A stretch of DNA of 64,000 nt from Theionarchaea archaeon (GCA_018992685.1 JACVGT010000011.1:178094-242093); one strand, 5' to 3'. Shown: positions 19,143 to 30,104, counted from the stretch's first letter. Notes: generated by a model from the sequence alone, not told the origin. Translations and numbers: made by a program.

Positions 19143-20879
19143 TCAATTCTGATCTTCTTGGAGCTTCTTCAATGCTTCGCGGTACTGTTCTCTGTTAATT
19201 TCGCCATAGACGAACTGGGCCTTCAGTTTCCGTTCCTTGTCTTTAACCTTCTCCGGCACTTCCTTCTTTCCGGGTTCCTTCCTTCTGGGTTCCGGTTTTT
19301 CTTCTTTTTCTGCCACAGCCTGAATGGGTTTCTTCCCCCGCCTTTTCATCAGTGCAAATATCCCTATTCCAAGCCCGCCCACCACCAGCGGTATCAACAG
19401 AATTCCCAGTGGCCTGCGATCCTCTTCTGGCTGGGTCTCTTCCTCTTCTCCCGGTGTTAACAAGCTTTCTATCTCCGCTATCCTGTCAGAGCATGCCTCC
19501 GCCTCATCCTTCTTTCCCAATTCCTGATACATATTCATGGCATCCCGGTACAGGCGAAGTGCCTCCTGATACTGCTCCTGCTCAAAATAGGCTTCTGCTT
19601 CAGCGAAAGCGACATCAGCCGCCTCCAATTCCAGTATCTCCTCACACTGGCCAATATACTCCAGGCATTTGTCAGCCATCTCCCGGTTGTCACTTTCTAG
19701 GAATGCCGTCTTGGCCTGATTGAACAAGTTGATTGCTTCTGCACAGTCCCCCTGGTCAAACATGGCCATTGCCTTATCGTAGTACTCACTCCCTTTGTCT
19801 GGAGACGGTGTTATCCCTGCTTGATTCTTCAAATAGAACAAATAGGAATCTAGGTCACCTGCCATGGCACTTATTGATTGAGAAAGGAGAATGTCTGGCC
19901 AGCCATCTCTATTCAAATCCGTAACAACCATGTCAGTGAATTTATCTCGCAATTCAACGCGCGAAAACCGGTACTGCCACAGAAGAGTACCTTTCAGGTC
20001 CAGAACTTCCAACCTCAAGAGGGATGAAGCCACGATAATCTCTTGTATCCCATCCTGGGTCAAATCCACAACAGCCAGAATGTCGGCACGCGATGACCTG
20101 AGAACAAGTTCTTGCTTCAGGCCATCAGACCTGGCCTGCCAGATGTAGATCCTTCTGTTATCGGTGGAGACAAAGATCTCCTTTTCCCTGTCCCCATTGC
20201 TATCTTCAACAGTCATGTCCAACAAGTTTTGAGCTCCAGGGCTGGTCCACAGTTTGCTCCCATACATGTCAAACACATGAACGTTCTGCGTTGTCAAAAC
20301 GATTACTTCCTTGGTATCATCCCAGGTCAAATCAGTGATAATAATCTTCTTGATCTGGCTACCTATATTGTACCTCCAGGATAGCGTTTCACCTCTACAG
20401 ATGACTTCTCGAGTCCCAATCAGGAGTTCTGCATTTCCGTCCTTATCCAGATCGTCAGCCTCACAGGCGAATACAACCGTGCCCACCTGCGGGAAATTCA
20501 GGTTCTGTGCTTTGTTTGACAGAACGTACAAATCTGCTGTGGAAACCAGAATTTCCTGCAACCCATCTCCATCCAGATCTGAAATTGATAGTCCGTTGAC
20601 GGGATAGGAGTATGTCCACTGATATCTCTTGTTTCCCTTTGAGTCCATGACAACCACAGGGTATTCAGGAAGCCCTGCTTTGGGTCTGACGCTTATAGCT
20701 GCCACAATGTCCTGAAGTCCGTCTCCGTCAAGATCAGCTACAGCCAGGTGATTGATAGTTTCTTTTCTTTCCTCTGTGCTATAGCTGCGTTGCCATTCCT
20801 TTACGAAAAAATCCTGAGCGGACAGAGAGGCGATCAGCATAGCACCTATGCAAGCCAGGAGAACACTTCTTCGGTTCAA
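19143..20879 (-). CDS. FG-GAP/VCBS-repeat plus TPR membrane-anchored protein
   Basis: Signal peptide, repeated DLDGDG..EI motifs, TPR-like helices, TM helix, SHOCT-like GEINREQY tail. Confidence 0.85.
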   Translation of the reverse strand: MNRRSVLLACIGAMLIASLSAQDFFVKEWQRSYSTEERKETINHLAVADLDGDGLQDIVAAISVRPKAGLPEYPVVVMDSKGNKRYQWTYSYPVNGLSISDLDGDGLQEILVSTADLYVLSNKAQNLNFPQVGTVVFACEADDLDKDGNAELLIGTREVICRGETLSWRYNIGSQIKKIIITDLTWDDTKEVIVLTTQNVHVFDMYGSKLWTSPGAQNLLDMTVEDSNGDREKEIFVSTDNRRIYIWQARSDGLKQELVLRSSRADILAVVDLTQDGIQEIIVASSLLRLEVLDLKGTLLWQYRFSRVELRDKFTDMVVTDLNRDGWPDILLSQSISAMAGDLDSYLFYLKNQAGITPSPDKGSEYYDKAMAMFDQGDCAEAINLFNQAKTAFLESDNREMADKCLEYIGQCEEILELEAADVAFAEAEAYFEQEQYQEALRLYRDAMNMYQELGKKDEAEACSDRIAEIESLLTPGEEEETQPEEDRRPLGILLIPLVVGGLGIGIFALMKRRGKKPIQAVAEKEEKPEPRRKEPGKKEVPEKVKDKERKLKAQFVYGEINREQYREALKKLQEDQN

Positions 20880-21003
20880 AGAACCACCACTTCACGTTCG
20901 GACAATTCCTATATAAATATTGGTATGCCACCACCTGTGGCAGTCTCGCAATTCTTGGGTTTGTATGGATTGCCGCATACCTAATGGTTAAAAGAAATGG
21001 GGA

Positions 21004-22275
21004 ATGTGCATGAAAGTGGTGATAGCGTTGAAATGGCTCGTGATAGCAGCACTGATTCTGGGGGGCCTGACCCCCGTGGGGTGTGAGGATGGTCTTTCTC
21101 ATATCCTCATCGATACGGGTCATGGGGGGTATCCCCTTCTGGGCGATACGCTTCATGATTTTACGCAGTTGGCAGCAGAGAAGGGGTTCAGTGTAGATTT
21201 CAAGGGGCTGGAGAGGGTGGAAACACACGCTTATTCCCTGATACTGCTCCTGAATCCAGAGAATGCATTCGGTTCAGAAGATGTTGAGGTAGTGAGGAAG
21301 TACCTGCGTGAAGGAGGAACGGTCTTTTTGGCGGGATCGGGAGATTTCGACAACAGGGATCACAGTGAGGTCACCAACCCTTTGCTTGAAGAGATGGGAT
21401 CCAGTGTGCGGTTCAATGACGATCAGATAACGGATGAAAAAAACACGGGGAAACCGTATATACCCTTCGTTGATAGGTGGGTTCCTCACCCGGTGACTGA
21501 GTCTCTTCCTCCCATCAGTGTGTATAGTTCCCAATCCGTTTCACTGGGCAGGGGATATCCTTTGCTCCGAGGGAATAGGACGACTCAGAGCAGTGACACA
21601 GACGGCCAAGGTTCTGCAGCTGGCACGGGTGAGAATGTTACCTTCATGGCTGTAGAACGGCTGGGAGAGGGCGATCTTTTTGTGGCAGGATCGTGGGACG
21701 TTCTCACCGGGTTCAGATTCCCTGGTCATTTTCAATTCGCTGAGAACCTGCTGTGGTTTTGCCAGAGTAAGACTACCATCCCGTTGTATGACGAACTGTT
21801 CCTGGGAGCGACCATTTCCACGGGGAAGGAGTGTCGGCCTGAGGTTGATGAAAAAGGGGCTCAGATCCTCTCATCACTGCTTCCAGGACCAGAGAGGAAG
21901 GATGTGTCAATCATCATTGGAGGCCCTCAGGTCAATTCTGACTGTGCAAGAATTAATCCCTTCCTACCCGTGAAGTTCGAGAGAGATGAGATACTGGGCA
22001 CATGGTGCATGACCAGAGATGGGGAGCGGTTCACCGGTCAGAATTGTGGCATGGTGGCAGTGGTGACGGTACAGGGTCAGAAGGTGTTGATCATAGCAGG
22101 ACTGGGAGGCACGGGAACAAGGGGGGCAATCGCTCTCCTGATGCAACTTGACAACTATGACCTTGCCCCCCGGTACAACACGAATGGGGAAGCCGTCCTG
22201 TTTACTGTAGACGGGGACACGAACAACAATGGGATTTGTGAACCCTCAGAACTATGGGAAATATCCGTCCTATGA
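21004..22275 (+). CDS. Secreted GldG/DUF4350-like protein with S-layer-like C-terminal domain
   Basis: Signal peptide, ILIDTGHG, YLREGG, IIIGGPQVN and AGLGGTGT motifs. Confidence 0.7.
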   Translation: MCMKVVIALKWLVIAALILGGLTPVGCEDGLSHILIDTGHGGYPLLGDTLHDFTQLAAEKGFSVDFKGLERVETHAYSLILLLNPENAFGSEDVEVVRKYLREGGTVFLAGSGDFDNRDHSEVTNPLLEEMGSSVRFNDDQITDEKNTGKPYIPFVDRWVPHPVTESLPPISVYSSQSVSLGRGYPLLRGNRTTQSSDTDGQGSAAGTGENVTFMAVERLGEGDLFVAGSWDVLTGFRFPGHFQFAENLLWFCQSKTTIPLYDELFLGATISTGKECRPEVDEKGAQILSSLLPGPERKDVSIIIGGPQVNSDCARINPFLPVKFERDEILGTWCMTRDGERFTGQNCGMVAVVTVQGQKVLIIAGLGGTGTRGAIALLMQLDNYDLAPRYNTNGEAVLFTVDGDTNNNGICEPSELWEISVL

Positions 22276-22502
22276 CAATTTTTCTTTTCCTTTTCTTTTT
22301 TCAAAGTCGAAACATTCAACACTTGTTCCTTATAATATATTGAATAGCACATTTGAGGATTATAAAGATTCAATTCAAGAGATAAAATTACATTTATTTG
22401 TCACAAGTGTATGGCAATCTATATGGCACTCTTCAAAAACCGCCTCAACCGAAAAGCTTTTAATAGTACTTATCAAAAAGCGGAGAGAGGAGGTTTGCTG
22501 AA

Positions 22503-22772
22503 ATGGCTGACAATGTAGTTTACGTTGGAAATAAGCCCCCCATGAGCTATGTGCTGGCTGTAATCACCCTTTTCAATGAAGGGAACAAGACAGTTATTCT
22601 GAAGGCTCGGGGAAAGGCTATTTCCACAGCAGTGGACGTATGTGAACTCACCAGAAACAGATTTCTTTCTGAACTGGAAGTGAACGAGATCAGGACAGGT
22701 ACAGAGGAACTTCCGCGCAGAGAAGGTGGAACTATCAACACCTCAACAATTGAGATAACCCTCTCGAAATAG
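22503..22772 (+). CDS. albA: DNA/RNA-binding protein Alba
   Basis: [34 protein letters not shown]. Confidence 0.95.
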   Translation: MADNVVYVGNKPPMSYVLAVITLFNEGNKTVILKARGKAISTAVDVCELTRNRFLSELEVNEIRTGTEELPRREGGTINTSTIEITLSK

Positions 22773-22783
22773 AGGAAGAATAC

Positions 22784-23287
22784 ATGAAGGCACCCATTTG
22801 CGAGATATGCCTCAAGAGTGGCATACTGTGTTTAGGCTGTGAAGAAAAGCTGAGGAAAGGGACCATTACTGATCTAGATGTCAAGATATCCATACTCCTC
22901 TATCAACTGGAACAGGAACATCATATTAGAGATATCTCTTTTGTCAAGGCAGTGGAATCTCGATCCATAATTGTCATTATTGTAGGGAAAGGCGAAATAG
23001 GAAACCTGATTGGAAAAGGGGGGAAGACAGTCAAGTTTCTCCAGCGCTCATTGAGAAAGAAAATACGTATTATTGAGGACACTGATGATGTAAGGAAGAT
23101 AATCCAGGATCTGCTACATCCAGCGCGTGTTATGGGCATGAATATCCTTTATATGCCGTCAGGAGAGACAAAGCACAAGGTCAGAGTGCCGAGGGAAGAT
23201 GAAAGGAGAATTCCCACCACAGTACAATCAGCAGAAGAGATCCTGTCAAAACTAACTGATCTGAATATCCAGGTGACTTTTGAGTAA
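22784..23287 (+). CDS. Archaeal NusA-like KH-domain protein
   Basis: MKAPICEIC..CxxC zinc site, LIGKGGK KH motif. Confidence 0.85.
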   Translation: MKAPICEICLKSGILCLGCEEKLRKGTITDLDVKISILLYQLEQEHHIRDISFVKAVESRSIIVIIVGKGEIGNLIGKGGKTVKFLQRSLRKKIRIIEDTDDVRKIIQDLLHPARVMGMNILYMPSGETKHKVRVPREDERRIPTTVQSAEEILSKLTDLNIQVTFE

Positions 23288-23493
23288 GATTCCTGACTTC
23301 ACTGGGTTAATCTCAAAGGATTATCAAGCATTATTTCGAGATTTTCCAGGTCTTGCTACCAGGTCCGGGGAGGTATCTGTACAGAGTCTGAGAGCATCCA
23401 GTCCAGCGGTTCTAAAGTGACCTCTCGTTAGGGCATTTACAGTCAGGAGGTTCTCCAGTAGTCAGATGCACATCTTGAACATGACATCGTGCT

Positions 23494-24000
23494 TCACTTC
23501 TCGTACATATCGTATGACACCATGTCAGAGAGCGGTCTTCGACTGGAGGTGCGGCTCTCGTCGGGATAGCCCATGGATACGCAGCAGAGAATCCTGAGGG
23601 GATCATGTATTCCCAGAAGAGCTTTCATATCCTTCTCAAATTCTGCATCGATTACTCCCATCCAGCAGGTTCCCAGGCCCTGAGCATGTGCTGCCAAGAG
23701 AAGATTCTGAGTAGCGATACATGCGTCCATCAAGAAGTATTTTGGATTCTTGTCAGGATCACCCAATACCACAATGACCACGGGACTTTCTTTCATGAAC
23801 CGCCCGTAGGGATGCATTTCAGATAGGCTCTTTCTCGTATTCTCGTTTCTTACTACAATAAAATGCCAGGGCTGCTTGTTACTGGCGGAAGGAGCCCACT
23901 GGGCAGCTTCCAGACACTTTTGGATCTTCTCATCCTCAACAAGATCTTTCCTGTACTTTCTGATACTTCTTCTATTTCTTATAGCATCAAAGACGTCCAT
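23494..24000 (-). CDS. Nitroreductase family protein
   Basis: RRSIRKY, APSASNKQPW and GLGTCW motifs. Confidence 0.92.
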   Translation of the reverse strand: MDVFDAIRNRRSIRKYRKDLVEDEKIQKCLEAAQWAPSASNKQPWHFIVVRNENTRKSLSEMHPYGRFMKESPVVIVVLGDPDKNPKYFLMDACIATQNLLLAAHAQGLGTCWMGVIDAEFEKDMKALLGIHDPLRILCCVSMGYPDESRTSSRRPLSDMVSYDMYEK

Positions 24001-24174
24001 ATTATCACCTGATAACGGGCTCAATCCACCATAAAAAGGTTGTGGAACCTTTCAGAGAAATCACAACTGCAGATTACATCTGGACGAGGAATCTTCTGGT
24101 CAGTCCTCTGACGTGTGATTGACATCGATTTGAGAATTACAAACCCTTATAAGAACGCTTCCAGAGAGTGGGGT

Positions 24175-24291
24175 ATGGCACTGATCTTCGGTATGAGTCC
24201 AGGTGTTCTTGCTGCCTGGATTGTGGGATTGATAACTGTTGTGCTCGCGCTGCTCTACCCATTGATGACAAAAGATGAGGAGGGAGAATAA
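24175..24291 (+). CDS. Small single-TM symporter accessory protein (38 aa; not in ORF track)
   Basis: MALIFGMSPGVLAAWIVGLITVVLALLYPLMTKDEEGE*; its TAA overlaps the symporter ATG (TAATG); TATA box near 24146. Confidence 0.75.
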   Translation: MALIFGMSPGVLAAWIVGLITVVLALLYPLMTKDEEGE

Positions 24292-25766
24292 TGCAGCCTG
24301 ACTTGGTACCTGTTGAGAGTTACATAGCGATTGCTGTAGGCGTTTTTGTTCTGTATCTCATTCTGAATGTTTTCATAGGATATTATGGAAGCAAAAAGAC
24401 TAAAACAGCGAAAGATTACTATTTTGCCTCTCATTCCGTTGGTCCCTGGGCCATTGCCCTGGCGTACGGGGCTACCTGTTACAGTGCTACTTTAATTATT
24501 GGGTATGGTGGCCTCTCGTACAAGATAGGAACTTCTATGCTGTGGATTGCGGCTACAAACATACTGATCATGACCTATCTGGCCTGGGTTGTCCTCGGGA
24601 AGAGGGTGAGAAAGATGCAGGAGAACCTGGAAGCCTACACCGTCATGGAATTGCTGACCAAGAGATATCAGAATAAGAGTGTACGCCCCATCCTGGCCTT
24701 TATCGTCATGTTTGCCATGATGGCCTACTCTGTTGCTGTGTTGAGCGGGACTGCCCGCCTATTCCAGGTGATCTTTGATATTCAGTTCTTGTATTCATTG
24801 ATTATTATCGTGGCCGTCATTGGATTTTACATCACGGTGGGTGGAATCATATCCACAATCTATGCGAATTTCCTTCAAGGGGCTGTCATGCTCTTGGGAA
24901 TGGTGATTCTAGTAGCAGGCATTATATACAAGGTCGGACTTGCATCAGGATTTGAACAGCTTGGTGCCTTGGGGACAGAGTATGTCTCAATGCCTGGAAC
25001 GAGTACCTGGTGGTTCCTGATATCTTTGTGTCTGGTAACCAGTCTGATGCCCTGGGGTATGCCACAGGTAATTTCCATGTTATATTCTGCCAAGAACGTA
25101 AGGGCAATTAGACTGGCCGTTCCTATTGTCACAGTCTGGTCTTTCGTCATCCTGTACACTGTTTACACGGCAGGTCCTCTGGCCAGAGTTGTCCTGGGGC
25201 CTGATATGAATCAGGACGTCGTCATGCCCACCTTGTTTCGAGCAATCCTTCCTGCTATTGGGATTGGTGTGGTCTTGTCTGCTGTGGTGGCGGCCTCCAT
25301 GTCAACGGCTTCTGCAACGACCTTGCAGGCCTCGTTCGCCCTGTCCAGGGACTTGTTGCAGCCTGCTTTCCCGGATAAGATCTCTGACGAGAGCATCCTG
25401 AAAGTGTCCAAGATCACGACTGTACTTATGGTGGCCATTGCATTTGGGCTGTCTTATCTGAGATTAGGGACTATTGCTGACATTTTCAACTTCGGTGCTG
25501 CAGCCTCTTGTGCCGCCTTTGTACCACCCCTCGTGTGTGGACTGTTCTGGAAACGAGGAACATCAAAGGCAATACTGGCCAGTACTGTTTGCGGATTCTT
25601 GACAGTGTTGGTGTGGACAGCCCTTTTCGGGCTCTCAGGAGAAGAGTTCCACGGAGTTCAGGCTATCATCCCGAGCCAAATTGTGGCCTGGATTGTGTTT
25701 ATAGTGAGTTCTCTCGTGACAGAACCATTACCACAGGAACACATTGGACGCGCAATGGAATTCTGA
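24291..25766 (+). CDS. Sodium:solute symporter (SSS family)
   Basis: About 13 TM helices, DYYFA, GMPQ, AASMST and GLFWKR motifs. Confidence 0.92.
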   Translation: MQPDLVPVESYIAIAVGVFVLYLILNVFIGYYGSKKTKTAKDYYFASHSVGPWAIALAYGATCYSATLIIGYGGLSYKIGTSMLWIAATNILIMTYLAWVVLGKRVRKMQENLEAYTVMELLTKRYQNKSVRPILAFIVMFAMMAYSVAVLSGTARLFQVIFDIQFLYSLIIIVAVIGFYITVGGIISTIYANFLQGAVMLLGMVILVAGIIYKVGLASGFEQLGALGTEYVSMPGTSTWWFLISLCLVTSLMPWGMPQVISMLYSAKNVRAIRLAVPIVTVWSFVILYTVYTAGPLARVVLGPDMNQDVVMPTLFRAILPAIGIGVVLSAVVAASMSTASATTLQASFALSRDLLQPAFPDKISDESILKVSKITTVLMVAIAFGLSYLRLGTIADIFNFGAAASCAAFVPPLVCGLFWKRGTSKAILASTVCGFLTVLVWTALFGLSGEEFHGVQAIIPSQIVAWIVFIVSSLVTEPLPQEHIGRAMEF

Positions 25767-26057
25767 ATCATTTCTTCTCTTTTCATTTTGTACTGACCTT
25801 TTTTCGAGCCGTGATTCGCTTATTGAAGATTTACTCTTCTGGTGTACCAGTAGACAGCGTGGATCTAATAGGAGCCAGAAACTCAGAGCCACAGGCTTCT
25901 ACACAGAGAGATGGAGATCAAGACATTACCACAAGAAAGGAGGAAGAAAAGCAGTTCCTCTTTGGTGGAGGAATAATGGCACTTCTTTCTGTTTGTCATC
26001 AAAAGTATATAGATCTATATGAATAACCTTATTAAGCGCCCCTTGGAGAAGGTGGCT

Positions 26058-26936
26058 ATGAAGGTTGTCTTTCTGGGAACTGCAGCTGGCCGGCCAACCC
26101 GTACCCGCAGCTTACCCTGTATTGCCCTCCAGTTCGAAGGGGAAACCATCCTTTTTGATTGTGGGGAAAACGCTCAGAGACAGATGATTTCTGTAATTTC
26201 TCCGTCAAAGATCGGGAAGATTTTCATATCTCATTTCCATGGTGATCACTACCTGGGGTTGGGAGGGCTCCTCCAGACTATGAGCCTCAATAGACGTGAG
26301 ACTCCTCTTTCAATTTATGGCCCTCAGGGAACGATTGAGTATTTGAAACACTATTTTGCCTCAGGTCACTTTGGCATCAGATTTGAAATCACCCTCTGTG
26401 AAATAGAGGAGACCACCATTGAGGAGGATCTATACCGCATCAGATCATTTCCGGTAGACCATGGTGTTGCCACCATTGGATTCGTGTTTGAGGAAAAGGA
26501 AAAAAGGGGAAGGTTCCTGGAGGAGAAAGCAAAATCCATGGGGATTCGAGGAAAGCTATTTTCCGAAATTGAAGAGAAAGGGCGGGTAGATATTGATGGG
26601 AAGATCATAACTCTGGAGGAGGTTACAGGACCTCCCAGACCGGGAAGAAAAATTGTCTATGCTGCAGACACGCTTCCTTGCCAGAAGGTCGTTGAAGTGG
26701 CTCACAACTGTGACATGCTGCTCCACGAGGGAACCTACCTCAACGACGAAGATAGACACGGCACCTACCACACGACTGTGAAAGAAGCGTGCGAAATTGC
26801 CAAGAAAGCTAAGGTAAAGACCCTGGTTCTCACACACATATCTCAGCGTTACGAAGATCACGAAATAAGAGAAGAGGCCGAGAAATGGTTTCCTGGTGCT
26901 GTGGTTGCTGAGGATCTCATGGAGATTGAGCTGTAG
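26058..26936 (+). CDS. rnz: Ribonuclease Z
   Basis: FLGT, DCGE, HFHGDH, exosite GP-rich arm, HEGT, THISQRY. Confidence 0.95.
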   Translation: MKVVFLGTAAGRPTRTRSLPCIALQFEGETILFDCGENAQRQMISVISPSKIGKIFISHFHGDHYLGLGGLLQTMSLNRRETPLSIYGPQGTIEYLKHYFASGHFGIRFEITLCEIEETTIEEDLYRIRSFPVDHGVATIGFVFEEKEKRGRFLEEKAKSMGIRGKLFSEIEEKGRVDIDGKIITLEEVTGPPRPGRKIVYAADTLPCQKVVEVAHNCDMLLHEGTYLNDEDRHGTYHTTVKEACEIAKKAKVKTLVLTHISQRYEDHEIREEAEKWFPGAVVAEDLMEIEL

Positions 26937-27181
26937 TCACTACTTCTTCTTACTTCACTCGTTCAGCCGTGAGCTCTTCCATGTCCACAGGAGTGAGCAA
27001 TTTCTCAAGTACGAACCCTGCATTCTTACTAACTCGTGGGCGTCAGGCGAAAGTTGCAGTGGCAAAAGTATTTCATTGAACTCTTCTAGGCTATTACGCT
27101 ATCGCACGTAATGGATACATGTGAAGAAAACAACAATAGTTACAGACATCGAAGAACGTACGTTATCTTGGGCTGAGTAGC

Positions 27182-27556
27182 CTATTGGGGTATCTGAAAG
27201 ACCTTGCTCACAATCTTCCAGCCATCCTTGAATTTGAAGAGAAGCATGTAATCAGTAGAAAAGAAGGTATCATTCTTGTAGACCTCAATTTTTATACAGG
27301 CTGTGTCACCCGTAATATCAACGAACTTGAAGGTATATTCCGTTTTGCCTTTCCACAGTTCAGGATTCTGTCTTTTCATTCCTTCTATTCTTCTTAACCA
27401 CTCTGCAATGTTCACTTTTTGTACTGTCTCACCTTCTCTTACATACATGTAGAAATCCTCATGAAACCCTCTTCGAATGGTTTTCTCGTCCTGAGTCTCG
27501 TGAATGCCCCGAATGTAGGCATCAATAATTACTTTCTCAACAGCTTCTTTACTCAT
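27182..27556 (-). CDS. NTF2-like (lumazine-binding type) protein
   Basis: TDYMLLFK..DGWKIVSK motif. Confidence 0.8.
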   Translation of the reverse strand: MSKEAVEKVIIDAYIRGIHETQDEKTIRRGFHEDFYMYVREGETVQKVNIAEWLRRIEGMKRQNPELWKGKTEYTFKFVDITGDTACIKIEVYKNDTFFSTDYMLLFKFKDGWKIVSKVFQIPQ

Positions 27557-27813
27557 CTGGTCTCACCTCAAAGGATTTTCTCCTCCTCTCCAGGACCCCC
27601 TATATAAATGTACTGTTCTTTCAAGGGAGCATTTCTGCTTAATTCAGCTTCTGGAAGCAGCATTACACAGGATACCAAAGCCTCGTCTCACCGTTTTTGT
27701 GTCACTGTTTCTCACGTGGCCGGGTACGTTCGTGTGTGCAGTAACTGTGAGTTCAGCACTTTGGGAAATCTCAGCTCTTGTTCCACAGACGTTCTGGAAG
27801 GATGAGAAGGATT

Positions 27814-28272
27814 TCACGATTTTCCGGCGCCCGTTTCAAGGAGCTGTTTGAGATTTTCTCCTTCCTCCTTCATATGTATTCTGATGGCCTGTACTCTGTC
27901 CTTGAAGAGGAATTTCGAAAGTGCACCCAGCCGAAAAGTAATGGAAGCAGTAAAGATGCAGCTCTCTCCTTTTGGGTATATTCGAAATGAGCCGTTTGGA
28001 CTGATGATCGCATGGGGAAACAGTACATCGTATTCGAATTGTGTTGGTTCTACGTTCTTCATCCGAAACGTCATCTTGTGTAATTGCCCGTGCAAGTATT
28101 CTTCAATGTATAAGACGGAACCTTCTTGTGCTTCTTCTCCTTTGATCCTGCGACACTCGACGTGATCAGAATGCCACGCTCTGTAGTTGTCTTCAAGATG
28201 GGCCAGGAATTCAAAAATCCTCTCGGGCGTCGTCTTGATTTCTATTGAATCTTCGAGGAGCATTTTCATCAC
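27814..28272 (-). CDS. SRPBCC family protein
   Basis: IEIKTTPERIF..YRAWH; HMKEEGENLKQLLE terminal helix. Confidence 0.8.
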   Translation of the reverse strand: MMKMLLEDSIEIKTTPERIFEFLAHLEDNYRAWHSDHVECRRIKGEEAQEGSVLYIEEYLHGQLHKMTFRMKNVEPTQFEYDVLFPHAIISPNGSFRIYPKGESCIFTASITFRLGALSKFLFKDRVQAIRIHMKEEGENLKQLLETGAGKS

Positions 28273-28602
28273 CTGTTGTCACTCGTAGGGTAGCATTACA
28301 CCCTCACTAATATAACTCTTGTGTTCCCACTCTTCTTGCGGGTCACGCACAGTCTCCCACATGCCCTTTGTTACTTGCCTGTGTCTTTGTGACGGTCAGC
28401 CGATTCAAAGCATACGACTCGTGGTTTCTAGGCAACCGAGTGAGCTGGATCCCCGTATGCTCCGAGGTCAACTCAATGATCAACTGGATATAGGTGTGGT
28501 CCCTAATCGAGAACCTGTTGATTCTCGCAAATGGGTTGAACATGAGTACTCACTATCTGACCAGAAAAAACACAAACCATTTAAACCACATGCTTAATAA
28601 AC

Positions 28603-29325
28603 ATGTTCATGAAGCGCACAACTCTTGCCATGGTAGTCATAGTTCTGGGATTACTTGTGGTAGTAGCAGGGATTATCCCGCTCAACCGTCGGGTCATTGT
28701 GACAGAAGAGAAGATAATGCAGGTTACCGAGCACAGAGAAGAGAGCAGAACGAAAGAAGAGACCTACACCGAAGAGACTGTCATTAGGACAGAAACCAAA
28801 AAGGAGACGCTCCTCCAGGAGGAGATTTCAGTGACTCCAGGTTCCACACTGGGCAGTACCTTCACTCTTGTTGCAGGAGATATTATCACATTGAAAGCCC
28901 ACTCAGAAGGTGGGAGCATGATGCTTTCCTTCACAGGACAAGGAGAAGTCTATATAGGTCTGGACGTGGGTGAAGATATAGAACAGGAATTTACCATCAG
29001 GAAGGATGGCGAACACTCGTTGTTATACTCTTCTGCAGACGTGAGCAAGGACATTGTCATTGACTTTGTCGTTATTAGAATCTATGAAGAACCCATTACT
29101 GAAAAGGAAGAGAAGACCAGGACAGTTGAATACACAGAGACTGTGCCGTACACTGTTGATGTCCCCTATACTGAGCAGACTGCCAAGAAGGAGACCTATA
29201 CCCTGGACTATTTGAAGTACGTGGGAATCGTGGTGATCATTCTGGGAGTAGCCCTCTACACCGTTTCCAGAAAGTCAAAGAAGGACGATGAGCCGAGGAA
29301 AAGTACAAAAAAGAAGAAAAAATGA
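28603..29325 (+). CDS. Double-anchored membrane protein with central beta-sandwich (GOLD-like)
   Basis: N- and C-terminal TM helices, T/E-rich flanks, Lys tail. Confidence 0.7.
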   Translation: MFMKRTTLAMVVIVLGLLVVVAGIIPLNRRVIVTEEKIMQVTEHREESRTKEETYTEETVIRTETKKETLLQEEISVTPGSTLGSTFTLVAGDIITLKAHSEGGSMMLSFTGQGEVYIGLDVGEDIEQEFTIRKDGEHSLLYSSADVSKDIVIDFVVIRIYEEPITEKEEKTRTVEYTETVPYTVDVPYTEQTAKKETYTLDYLKYVGIVVIILGVALYTVSRKSKKDDEPRKSTKKKKK

Positions 29326-30104
29326 TTAACCTACCTGAATTGAGGGACTATCTGGAATCGTTCCAGGACCCAGATGGAAAGATTCGTTCCGAGAACAGCG
29401 TTAAGGCTACGGCTGAATTTGCTCTCGTTCACCGGCTGTGTCCCCGTCTTGCAGTAGGCAATCTGGGGGCGGCCAAAACATATCTTAGAAGTCAATTATC
29501 TCCTTTTGCAGAGTACCAGATAAAGAAAGGATTCTCATTCATGGAGAAAATCTGGCACATCACAGTGGGAATACCTGAAGATACCCTGTTCCTGGATTCT
29601 CCAGTTCACGAACTGATTCAGAGTTCACTGTCGCCCTCTGTGAAATCAGCATTGCTTTTGCTCTTGTTGATGCAGAAATCTCAGAGAAATCTCTCAAGGT
29701 ATGTACAGGAAATCGGCTCGTACCAGGAAGAGTTGCTGGAAACCTCTAGTCTTGATACCGTTTATGAGACGACCCACAACCTGATAACTTTTTATTTTGC
29801 CCAGAAATACTATTCAGTATCTGAAATCATCCGGGAGAGCTGTTCATGGCCTGCAAGAACCGTAATGTCTTTCAGAGAGTGTATCGATGTAGTAGCAGAA
29901 TCAGCGGCTGTCATTTTACTGTTTGGATACAGAAAAGATCAAGAAGTAGGTGGCATGCTTGACTGGGTCTCGAAGAACCAGCAGGCAGATGGTGGGTTCC
30001 CGGTGTACGTTGGTGGGAAAAGTGAGTTTCACCCTTCACTGGTTACTGCATGGGCATGTACCGCCCGAGATACTGCACCACCCCACCGATTTACCTCGAC
30101 CTGA
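29322..30104 (+). CDS. Alpha/alpha-barrel (prenyltransferase/squalene-cyclase repeat-like) hypothetical protein
   Basis: QDPDG and WVSKNQQADGGF QW-like motifs; ATGA-coupled to the upstream gene. Confidence 0.6.
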   Translation: MINLPELRDYLESFQDPDGKIRSENSVKATAEFALVHRLCPRLAVGNLGAAKTYLRSQLSPFAEYQIKKGFSFMEKIWHITVGIPEDTLFLDSPVHELIQSSLSPSVKSALLLLLLMQKSQRNLSRYVQEIGSYQEELLETSSLDTVYETTHNLITFYFAQKYYSVSEIIRESCSWPARTVMSFRECIDVVAESAAVILLFGYRKDQEVGGMLDWVSKNQQADGGFPVYVGGKSEFHPSLVTAWACTARDTAPPHRFTST

